In this document: positions 28,789 to 36,138 of the stretch, in pieces
Layout: every line of letters starts with the position of its first letter
Position numbering within the stretch: position 1 is the stretch's first letter
Source of the DNA: a virus
DNA: 64,000 bases
Strand: one strand, 5' to 3'
IMG/VR virus record: IMGVR_UViG_3300010160_000035
Coordinates: 1 to 64,000 of that record
Program-made: the position numbers and the translations under genes
The notes under the pieces: generated by a model
Databases searched by the model: none
What the model saw: the letters and a program-made list of their open reading frames with translations, nothing else
What the model was told of the DNA's origin: nothing

Positions 28789-29370
28789 TTATTGTTTTTG
28801 TTTTAAATATCTATATTTTCTAGCTGAATTTTTATTTTTAGATTTATATGTGTCCAATTGACTATCACAGTTAGGACAAACTAATCTTAAATTATTTCTA
28901 TTGTTATTAGCTGCATTACCATCAATATGATCTAATATAAATACTAAAATTTTATCATTCCATTTATTACTCATACTACAAATAGAACATTTACTATCTT
29001 GTTCTATTAAAAACCTAGGTTTAAATACAGATGGTGAATAATTTTCTCTACAATACTCATTATTGTTATCAATAAAATCTATATACCTTAAATTGCTTTG
29101 ATACTCTTGCTGACATTTAGCAGAACAATATTTTTTTGAATACACATCACATTCTTTACTACAATTTAAACAATAGACTTTTTCTCTAGTATTATAATTA
29201 GCAGGTTTCCAATTTTCAGGAAACTTACTTCTAATTTTTAATTTTATGCCTAATCTATTAGCTATCTTTTTTATATAAGTGTCTGATACTCCGTATTTTT
29301 CACCTATTTTAATATAAGACATCTTTTGATTAAAAATTAAGTCCTCTAATTCCTCTTTATTATATTTCAT
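28789..29370 (-). CDS. HNH homing endonuclease with N-terminal HTH
   Basis: SYIKIGEKYGVS, CxxC pairs and LDHIDGNAANNNRNNLRLVCPNC. Confidence 0.88.
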   Translation of the reverse strand: MKYNKEELEDLIFNQKMSYIKIGEKYGVSDTYIKKIANRLGIKLKIRSKFPENWKPANYNTREKVYCLNCSKECDVYSKKYCSAKCQQEYQSNLRYIDFIDNNNEYCRENYSPSVFKPRFLIEQDSKCSICSMSNKWNDKILVFILDHIDGNAANNNRNNLRLVCPNCDSQLDTYKSKNKNSARKYRYLKQKQ

Positions 29371-29388
29371 AGTAGTAATTTCTTACTA

Positions 29389-29420
29389 CAAATATAATAA
29401 ATTCGAACCACATTTCCAAA
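29389..29420 (-). promoter_or_regulatory. Bacteroidota sigma70 promoter for the HNH gene
   Basis: TTTG, a 20-nt spacer, then TATATTTG. Confidence 0.75.
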
Positions 29421-29434
29421 TCTTAATCAGTGAT

Positions 29435-29545
29435 AGTTCCCAAGATTGGATTCGAACCAACATGTGTCCAATTACTGTTTCAACTGTTTAGAAGACAGAG
29501 CAGATACTCAGGAGTTTTTTATTCTATCCGTTGAACTATGGAAAC
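29435..29545 (-). tRNA. Atypical/chimeric tRNA-Arg(TCT)-like RNA
   Basis: Acceptor GTTTCCA/TGGGAAC, D-arm GTTC-AACGGATA-GAAT, anticodon arm CTGT-CTTCTAA-ACAG and T-arm GTTGG-TTCGAAT-CCAAT. About 20-nt insertions lie on both sides of the anticodon arm. Confidence 0.6.
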
Positions 29546-29548
29546 AAG

Positions 29549-29574
29549 TAATAGGGGCTTTTACACCCCTATTA
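29549..29574. terminator. Hairpin (terminator or processing signal) upstream of the tRNA-like RNA
   Basis: TAATAGGGG...CCCCTATTA 9-bp inverted repeat. Confidence 0.55.
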
Positions 29575-29595
29575 ATAACAACAACTCCTTGTTGA

Positions 29596-30081
29596 TTAAG
29601 ATACTATCTCAGCTCTTAAAGCTTCTAAAGCAGAAGCAGTTTTGTTAACATTAGCATCAGCAGTCATTACTTCATGACCTTTAGATGCAAATGCAGACTT
29701 AACTGCGCTTTCATGTGCAGGAGAATCAGTATCACTGAACACAACAGTTGTGTAAGTATTTACTGTTCTAACTGAACCATCACCAGCTGTAATGTCATAT
29801 GGCATAACTTCACGTGTTTCAATAGAACCCATGAACCAACCACCATTGGTTGGATTAGCTGCGTTGAACATTGCATCAGTATAACCTGAATCTTGTTTAC
29901 CAAGATAGTTTAACTCATAGCAATTTGCTTTGGTTGTTCTTGCTTGAGTACTTGGCACTAACATTTTCCCAAATGGAGTGTCAATATACTTTACTTCGCC
30001 AAAAGATACAGTCTTGTATTTACGGCCATTCTTGTCTAATTTTACTTCAGACTCTGCTGTTTTGATTACTACGTTACTCAT
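29596..30081 (-). CDS. Conserved hypothetical protein
   Basis: 161 aa, beta-rich, followed by a hairpin. Confidence 0.7.
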   Translation of the reverse strand: MSNVVIKTAESEVKLDKNGRKYKTVSFGEVKYIDTPFGKMLVPSTQARTTKANCYELNYLGKQDSGYTDAMFNAANPTNGGWFMGSIETREVMPYDITAGDGSVRTVNTYTTVVFSDTDSPAHESAVKSAFASKGHEVMTADANVNKTASALEALRAEIVS

Positions 30082-30095
30082 AATTTTAAATTGTT

Positions 30096-30350
30096 TTAAT
30101 TGTTTTTGTTTTTGTTGTTAAATTGTTTGTTTTTGTTGTTATTATTACGGAGTTGTTGTTTTTCTTTAATAGTCTTTATTGCTAATCTGATATTATTAAT
30201 ATCTTGTTGGCATTGGTTAAACATAACCACATTACCATTAGTAATATAATAATCAGACCACATAAAGTTCATTTGTAAGTTTTTATGAAGGACATCAATT
30301 TCTGTCATATCATAGTTGTTCCATCTTACTGGCATTGTGAAATTACTCAT
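30096..30350 (-). CDS. Hypothetical early protein
   Basis: 84-aa ORF with an N/K-rich tail. Confidence 0.55.
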   Translation of the reverse strand: MSNFTMPVRWNNYDMTEIDVLHKNLQMNFMWSDYYITNGNVVMFNQCQQDINNIRLAIKTIKEKQQLRNNNNKNKQFNNKNKNN

Positions 30351-30520
30351 AAGTTTTTAATTTGTTTGAAAATGTGAATAGCTTGAGAATTAAAGTCTAA
30401 TGAATCATCATAAGCTTTAACTTTCGTTAATAATGGTGGTTTAGAAATAAATGTGCTCTCTGACTTTTTATTAATCAGAGAGCTTATTTTTAATCTAACC
30501 ATTTCAAATGGTGTTTGCAT
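30347..30520 (-). CDS. Small hypothetical protein (57 aa, below track cutoff)
   Basis: MQTPFEMVRLK...KQIKNL; its stop overlaps the next ATG (ATGA). Confidence 0.5.
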   Translation of the reverse strand: MQTPFEMVRLKISSLINKKSESTFISKPPLLTKVKAYDDSLDFNSQAIHIFKQIKNL

Positions 30521-30615
30521 AAATACAAAAAATTAAAGTAACTAACAAATACAATATGCTAATTGTAGCCATTGGGTGTTTTCTAATGATTCTTGTCATG
30601 TTTTTAGTAAAAAAG

Positions 30616-30834
30616 CTATAAAGGGTTAGTAATAATATGAGCAGTATATTCTGGTTGCTCATCCAGTTCTTCATGTGTTGGTATCAGTTCTATTTCAACA
30701 ATACGGCTATCATATTTATCAATAATATTCATAGCTTGAATACTTGATATATTATAAACCTTTTGTTTAACAGGAACTGAAGGAACATAGACAAAATAAC
30801 TATTGCCTATGTTCACTATCTCTCCTATGTACAT
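30616..30834 (-). CDS. Hypothetical early protein
   Basis: 72-aa ORF. Confidence 0.55.
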   Translation of the reverse strand: MYIGEIVNIGNSYFVYVPSVPVKQKVYNISSIQAMNIIDKYDSRIVEIELIPTHEELDEQPEYTAHIITNPL

Positions 30835-30968
30835 TATTTATGCGTTTTAGGTAATCTAGCAAGTCCACCACAACCATGATTTACTAAACCATTGTTTTTA
30901 CCTGCTGAACAGCTAGTCATTACAGCTATTAAACACATTAATACGAAAATTGAAATTGCTTCTTTCAT
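30834..30968 (-). CDS. Small lipoprotein (44 aa, below track cutoff)
   Basis: MKEAISIFVLMCLIAVMTSC lipobox; TAATG coupling to the next gene. Confidence 0.55.
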   Translation of the reverse strand: MKEAISIFVLMCLIAVMTSCSAGKNNGLVNHGCGGLARLPKTHK

Positions 30969-30973
30969 GTTAA

Positions 30974-31348
30974 TTAAAAGTCTAATGTTATTTGTCGTGG
31001 TGGTGGTGGCATTTGATTACCATTTTTTAGATGTGCAATATTCCACGTGCCTGGATGGTCAGAATTAGATAGTATATCTATTTCTTTCTGCAAATGCTGT
31101 TGTTTTTGCATTCTGTTAAACAACATAGCCTTCTTTTTGTGTTGGTAATATTTATCCATCACAATCATTGGCATGTTATTCTGATACTTTACAGTATATT
31201 CTAATGAAAAGTATTTTCTACCTTTCCAATTAGAGTAAACTAATACACCATCATGCATACCTTCTGGTAAAGAAGTTGCATATGTCATTCTTACTTGTAC
31301 ACTATCATTAAAATAGAATACTTTACAGTTTTTTGGTAATGTTACCAT
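30974..31348 (-). CDS. Hypothetical early protein
   Basis: 124-aa ORF preceded by TATTCAC. Confidence 0.6.
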   Translation of the reverse strand: MVTLPKNCKVFYFNDSVQVRMTYATSLPEGMHDGVLVYSNWKGRKYFSLEYTVKYQNNMPMIVMDKYYQHKKKAMLFNRMQKQQHLQKEIDILSNSDHPGTWNIAHLKNGNQMPPPPRQITLDF

Positions 31349-31443
31349 TTTTAGTTGTTTTAAGTGAATAAAAAAATAAAGCCTTTTGTCTTCATGCTTA
31401 GGAATACGTCGGATATCACGACCTTTCTATTGTATTTTTAGTA

Positions 31444-31674
31444 CTAACAGTACTCATTTTCATCATACACATCCTCATCATATACATCTTCAATTTCTGC
31501 TTCAGCAAAACTTGCTTCAATATTTGATTGATACTTAACTTCAACAGGATTACTATCAATTAAATACTCGTAGTAATTAATTATAGTTATTACTGATGCA
31601 TTAGGCAAGACACTACCATCCATTAGGTTGGTAAATGCCTTGCTTGTTTTAGCCATTGCTTCTAACTTAGTCAT
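31444..31674 (-). CDS. Acidic hypothetical early protein
   Basis: 76 aa with a D/E-rich tail. Confidence 0.6.
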   Translation of the reverse strand: MTKLEAMAKTSKAFTNLMDGSVLPNASVITIINYYEYLIDSNPVEVKYQSNIEASFAEAEIEDVYDEDVYDENEYC

Positions 31675-31676
31675 AG

Positions 31677-32186
31677 TTAATGTGCTAATTGATAAGGAAT
31701 TTCATCAGTAACTGCTGGTTGTTCCCATTTATCACACTTATTCCAAGAATTCAAATCCATTGTACCATGATTTCTTTCCATTTCTGGAAGAACTACATGC
31801 ATAGAGGTAAGTTCTTTATTATTAGCATACTCTTGCTTATAGCTTAAGTAGTTTTCATAATTAATATCCTCTTTGTTAGCATTTCTTTCAATGTAAATGT
31901 GTAATTTCTTGTTTTCTTCAAAACTATATGACACAATTTTTGCAAACATATCATAATGTGTTAAAGTAAACCTATTACCAGTATTAGAACTTTTAACATC
32001 TGTTTCTAACTCAGGGTGTTCGTAAATACCTAACATCAACTCCATTGCTATCTCAGCATTCGGTGTTGCATAAATAACTGTTAGTAAATCATCTACGGAT
32101 ACTCCGTGATATTTACTTTCTAAAGCTGCTTTGTACACTTTAGAGAACATTACTCCATCATTGTTGTTTTTTGATTTTGAGTTCAT
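31677..32186 (-). CDS. Hypothetical early protein
   Basis: 169-aa ORF. Confidence 0.65.
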   Translation of the reverse strand: MNSKSKNNNDGVMFSKVYKAALESKYHGVSVDDLLTVIYATPNAEIAMELMLGIYEHPELETDVKSSNTGNRFTLTHYDMFAKIVSYSFEENKKLHIYIERNANKEDINYENYLSYKQEYANNKELTSMHVVLPEMERNHGTMDLNSWNKCDKWEQPAVTDEIPYQLAH

Positions 32187-32187
32187 T

Positions 32188-32415
32188 TTAAATTGATTTA
32201 TGTGAATAATAATTAGTTGGTTTCATTGGTTTTGCTCTCATTTCTAATAGATAACTATACTTATCCAAATATGGTTGTAGTGTAGTTATTCTATTTTCAT
32301 GATATGTTCTTGACCCTTTACCTGAAGGATTAAATATTCCTTTAGATAGTACATCTTTAGAATGTGCTAATGATTTAGCTAATATTCTAACTTGAGAAGG
32401 TAATGGTGTTCTCAC
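32188..32415 (-). CDS. Hypothetical early protein
   Basis: 75-aa ORF with GTG start. Confidence 0.5.
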   Translation of the reverse strand: MRTPLPSQVRILAKSLAHSKDVLSKGIFNPSGKGSRTYHENRITTLQPYLDKYSYLLEMRAKPMKPTNYYSHKSI

Positions 32416-32454
32416 TATATATTAAATTAATTGGTTACAAAAGAATATTTAAAA

Positions 32455-32661
32455 CTTTGATATAGTACAGCAAGAGTTCTCTATTGTACTTTCATTCTTA
32501 CTACCTTAACAGCTTCCTTTGTGCATTTCTACATCAACATCAGAGTTTCAGCTAATTAAGCTAAGGAGTATAAGACCGACCTTACACTAACTTGTAATTA
32601 AATCTCAAAATATACCTTATAGGTGCTGAATGAGTATTACAATATTGTTAGTATATCAAAG
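32455..32661. repeat. Structured intergenic element closed by CTTTGATATA/TATATCAAAG
   Basis: 10-bp terminal inverted repeat with nested stems (ACTAAC/GTTAGT, TTGTAAT/ATTACAA, AGTACA/TGTACT). Confidence 0.6.
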
Positions 32662-32673
32662 AATTAAATTAAA

Positions 32674-32782
32674 TCTTTGCACTCAGTTGTAATAGTAAAC
32701 TTTCAGTAGAAGACAACTACAGTTTCCTGTTTTCACATCTATTGTTTACCTAACACTTATAAATTACAACTAAATGCAAAGA
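32674..32782. repeat. Structured element, copy 1 of the TGCACTCAGTTGTAATA motif
   Basis: TCTTTGCA.ctc.AGTTGTAAT ... ATTACAACT.aaa.TGCAAAGA imperfect inverted repeat. Confidence 0.7.
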
Positions 32783-33012
32783 GTATTTTGGTTAGTAAGG
32801 CGAATGCCTGCATTGTTTCATCACCACTTATGCTATAGTCAAAAAATGCGTGGTAGTTATATTACCACTAGGTTAATGTCTTGTAACCTATACAATGCAA
32901 ACTACGATGAGTTTGTCTAATCAGCGGCCAATATAACTGTTTATGGTTAGTGTTCCACGTGCCTTTTGTGCTAAACTGTCACTACTCAGTATTATTATAA
33001 CCTGTGCACAAG

Positions 33013-33786
33013 TTATAACTGCGTTGCTTTAGAAGAATGTTCTCTATGAAATTCAAGATAACTACCTAAATAGCTTCTATATTCAATGATTCTATCCTCT
33101 TTATCGTAAAACTTTACTTTATCTAGATAATCTTGATAAACCTTTTCAAGTTCTATTTCACTATATACAGTTTCTTCATTTTTATCTCCTATTACTACAC
33201 ATTGACCCATACTTTTATACTCTGAGTAATATTTTACAGGCTTAAATTCTAAATGAGCCTCTAATACTATCTCTTGCAGTAGAAAATTAAAGCAATTACC
33301 TAAACTTTCAAGGTTTTTACGAATATTGAGTTTTAACTCTTTTTCTTGATGCATAAACAATAAAGCTTTAACATCATCTTGAACTAATAATTCATCCATA
33401 GATGTAACTATATCTCCAGCCCAATACACATTTTTGGAAAGAAACTTTGCAATTACTTCTACTTCATAAGGCTCATCCATATCATAATCATATCTTGATC
33501 GTGTATATGTATAAGTTAATATGCTAAATTCTACTTTATTACCATAGTCTAATGTAATAGTAAGTCCGTGAAAATTCTCTACAATGTTATGAGTAGGTAA
33601 TAAATCAATTTCTTCATCTTTAGCTATTTCAGCTAAGTATTTTGCACTGCCTTCTTTATAGTCTTTTGCATTAGAACGATAATTCTTTTTAGCAAAATAC
33701 TCATCAATTACTTTTTGAGGTACTTTATTATCAAAGAAGTTATTCAATAAGAACAGTTCAGATACATTAATTTCAATACTTTTCAT
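33013..33786 (-). CDS. Hypothetical early protein
   Basis: 257-aa ORF. Confidence 0.65.
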   Translation of the reverse strand: MKSIEINVSELFLLNNFFDNKVPQKVIDEYFAKKNYRSNAKDYKEGSAKYLAEIAKDEEIDLLPTHNIVENFHGLTITLDYGNKVEFSILTYTYTRSRYDYDMDEPYEVEVIAKFLSKNVYWAGDIVTSMDELLVQDDVKALLFMHQEKELKLNIRKNLESLGNCFNFLLQEIVLEAHLEFKPVKYYSEYKSMGQCVVIGDKNEETVYSEIELEKVYQDYLDKVKFYDKEDRIIEYRSYLGSYLEFHREHSSKATQL

Positions 33787-33827
33787 TGTTTTTAGTTTTT
33801 AAATGTGGATAAAAAGATTTGTCCATC

Positions 33828-33923
33828 TGCACTCAGTTGTAATAATGTCCGTAGATTTTATAGATACATTCTATATTTACCATTATTACAACTGCTCACC
33901 CTTTGGAAGTGAGTTATGGTGCA
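33828..33923. repeat. Structured element, copy 2 of the TGCACTCAGTTGTAATA motif
   Basis: TGCAC/GTGCA closing stem, 14-bp CAGTTGTAATAATG/CATTATTACAACTG stem and CTCAC/GTGAG side hairpin. Confidence 0.7.
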
Positions 33924-33963
33924 TTAACAAATTTGGAAGCTTATGGTTTACCAACCTGTATTA

Positions 33964-34257
33964 TTAACTAACTGTTTCTTTTGGTAGAAAATGTTCTTTT
34001 AATTCTTCAAAAGAATACTCATTATCATGAATATCTATAAATGAATCAACTGGTTCTATCCAAGTAAAATCAGGATCAAATACTCTAATTTCACAATAAG
34101 CATTGAAATTATAGTTACTAATAACTAGTATTTCAATTTCAGTTTTACTTGTTTTAACTGCTTTGTAAAATCTACGAGCTGATCCACAGCTTTCTACAAA
34201 CTTTTGACCTATTGGACAATTGTTAAATTCTTCTTGAGTTAAATCTTTAATTTGCAT
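33964..34257 (-). CDS. Hypothetical early protein
   Basis: 97-aa ORF. Confidence 0.6.
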   Translation of the reverse strand: MQIKDLTQEEFNNCPIGQKFVESCGSARRFYKAVKTSKTEIEILVISNYNFNAYCEIRVFDPDFTWIEPVDSFIDIHDNEYSFEELKEHFLPKETVS

Positions 34258-34551
34258 TGTTTTTAAATTAGAATGTGAGTAAAAAGATTCATTGCACCAG
34301 TATCGTCATATCTCAAGGTTGGCTCCACTATTACACCCGTAGATGTGTTTCATAGCCTCTGACGTATCCTGATATACTGTATATGTGCAATATAGATGAT
34401 TTTTGTCACGGTATCACCAACCTCTATACCCTTTTTAGGGGGTTTGCGCAGTCTAACTATTTCAGAGAATAATACATCTCACCTGCCGTTGTTTTAAAAC
34501 AGGAGAAAGCAGAGCCACTTAAAAGTGGATGCTTTCCGTACCTGTCATATT

Positions 34552-34827
34552 TTAATCAAACTTGGACACTTTATCTATCCAATCAGCAATTTCATTGGTG
34601 TCACAATACCCTTGAACAACATCACCACCAAAGTCATACCAATCACCATTTTTATCCCAAATAGCAATCTCTGCATTTGATGATTCTACAGTATCTTGTT
34701 TTTCAAGATCCATACCTGCAGGATGGTTTTTGTTATCACAATAATTACCATAACCAAATTGAACTGATATAGTCCAATTGTTAGCAAATGTCATTGCAAA
34801 TCCTTTTTTTGTTCTTGATCTAAGCAT
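34552..34827 (-). CDS. Conserved phage hypothetical protein
   Basis: GFAMTFANNWTISVQFGYGNYC...AEIAIW. Confidence 0.7.
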   Translation of the reverse strand: MLRSRTKKGFAMTFANNWTISVQFGYGNYCDNKNHPAGMDLEKQDTVESSNAEIAIWDKNGDWYDFGGDVVQGYCDTNEIADWIDKVSKFD

Positions 34828-34845
34828 TTTGTTTGTTTTAGATGA

Positions 34846-35037
34846 TTAATTATATACTACGTCAATTGCAATTGCAACTAACAACAATGGTAATGCTGTA
34901 TAACAAGTAATACTTGCAAACATAAGAAATATTTCAGATTCATTGACAGCTAATGATACAGTTGTCAAAGTAAATCCCACTAATACAATGGTGAGAATTA
35001 CTTTCAGGAGTATTTCAAGAACTTTAAGCATTTTCAT
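34846..35037 (-). CDS. Small two-TM membrane protein
   Basis: Two hydrophobic stretches. Confidence 0.6.
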   Translation of the reverse strand: MKMLKVLEILLKVILTIVLVGFTLTTVSLAVNESEIFLMFASITCYTALPLLLVAIAIDVVYN

Positions 35038-35069
35038 TTTATTTAAAGATTTAGTGAATACAAGAGTAA

Positions 35070-35173
35070 AACTTTGATAACATTATCACCTTCAAGAAAT
35101 TAATCTGGCAGGTTGGTGTTACATTGGTCTCCGAAGGGTTTTATCCCAAGTCCAACATAATGTTATCAAAGTT
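35070..35173. repeat. Structured element closed by a perfect 17-bp inverted repeat
   Basis: AACTTTGATAACATTAT (35070-35086) and ATAATGTTATCAAAGTT (35157-35173). Confidence 0.75.
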
Positions 35174-35394
35174 ATTGTGTCCATTCATCATCCTATTACA
35201 GGTATGTATCACATAGTGACTAAGGCTTGGACTAAGCTGTTTGAGGTTGAGAACATAATATGTGCTATATATTTAATAATGAACCATGAGAAGCACAGAA
35301 TAACAAATGGTCTGATGAAAGAGGGTAGATATATATCAACAATAAAAGAAACAGAGAACCCAAAGGGTTCTACTGTTTCCATTGATGACAATGA

Positions 35395-35667
35395 TTAAGG
35401 TACAATGTTGAAAGGTGACGCAGGAACCTGAACAACTTGTGGCTGAAGCATTGGCTTCAATGCATTACCTACAGCTAACACAGTATCACGCGAAGTGATG
35501 ATACCTTTACCACTTGCTAACATTATAAACTTAGGCTCAATCTTCAACAAGTAGGCAATGCCTGCCATTACTATTGTTGAGTCATAGAGTAAATCTACAT
35601 TCTCATTAGTGATTTCAACTGATTTTTCTGAGGCTTTGCCTAATCTAGAGACAATTAATTCATTCAT
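35395..35667 (-). CDS. Hypothetical protein (first gene of the minus-strand block)
   Basis: 90-aa ORF. Confidence 0.6.
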   Translation of the reverse strand: MNELIVSRLGKASEKSVEITNENVDLLYDSTIVMAGIAYLLKIEPKFIMLASGKGIITSRDTVLAVGNALKPMLQPQVVQVPASPFNIVP

Positions 35668-35766
35668 GATTTTAAGTATTAATTAAAGTTGGGGGCCATT
35701 GGCGGCTAATGATTAGGGAGGGTGGTTTTGTAGAGTAGGTACCCACTTCCATATCCACAAAACATT

Positions 35767-35800
35767 TTTGTTTTTTATAAAAAAATTTTATTTACCTTTG
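35767..35800 (+). promoter_or_regulatory. Bacteroidota sigma70-type promoter upstream of an ORF-free region
   Basis: TTTG (35767) ... TACCTTTG (35793-35800). Confidence 0.6.
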
Positions 35801-36091
35801 TACTGTAACCTAATTTTAACACACCTCTTAAAGTTAGACCACCCATAAGTAAAAGTGGGTTAGAAGTTGGATTAGCAGAACTAAATAAGTTCAAAGGTTT
35901 TCTCCGATAGTTACAAAAATGGAATTTATATAAAGCAGGACTACCACCAACGTGTAAGGGAAAGAGTAGGCTAGGGGCTAAAAACCAACTGTGGAAATTA
36001 AATTTTAAATGCTAATGACCTCAAGGGGAAAATTATACCTACTCAGTAACAGGTGATTATATTAAAAGTAAACAGATTTGTTTATTTTTAT

Positions 36092-36122
36092 CTTGGATAT
36101 CCAATCTATGGTTTTACATTTG
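36092..36122 (+). promoter_or_regulatory. Promoter for the structural block, with a palindrome at -33
   Basis: TTGGATATCCAA palindrome followed by TACATTTG (36115-36122). Confidence 0.55.
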
Positions 36123-36138
36123 TAAAAAAATATAAGAT

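Noticed and set aside
32455-33923. Hammerhead, twister or pistol ribozymes in the structured spacers
   Set aside because: The catalytic core consensus sequences (for example CUGAUGA...GAAA in the right stem context) could not be placed by eye.
30365-35173. CRISPR array in the early region (GTGAAT and GTTG...CAAC motifs)
   Set aside because: There are no regularly spaced direct repeats with spacers and no cas genes. The motifs are short or isolated.
35177-35398. Overlapping ORFs 35177..35398 (+) and 35209..35391 (-)
   Set aside because: They overlap each other, have weak starts and no motifs. I cannot choose one, so neither is called.
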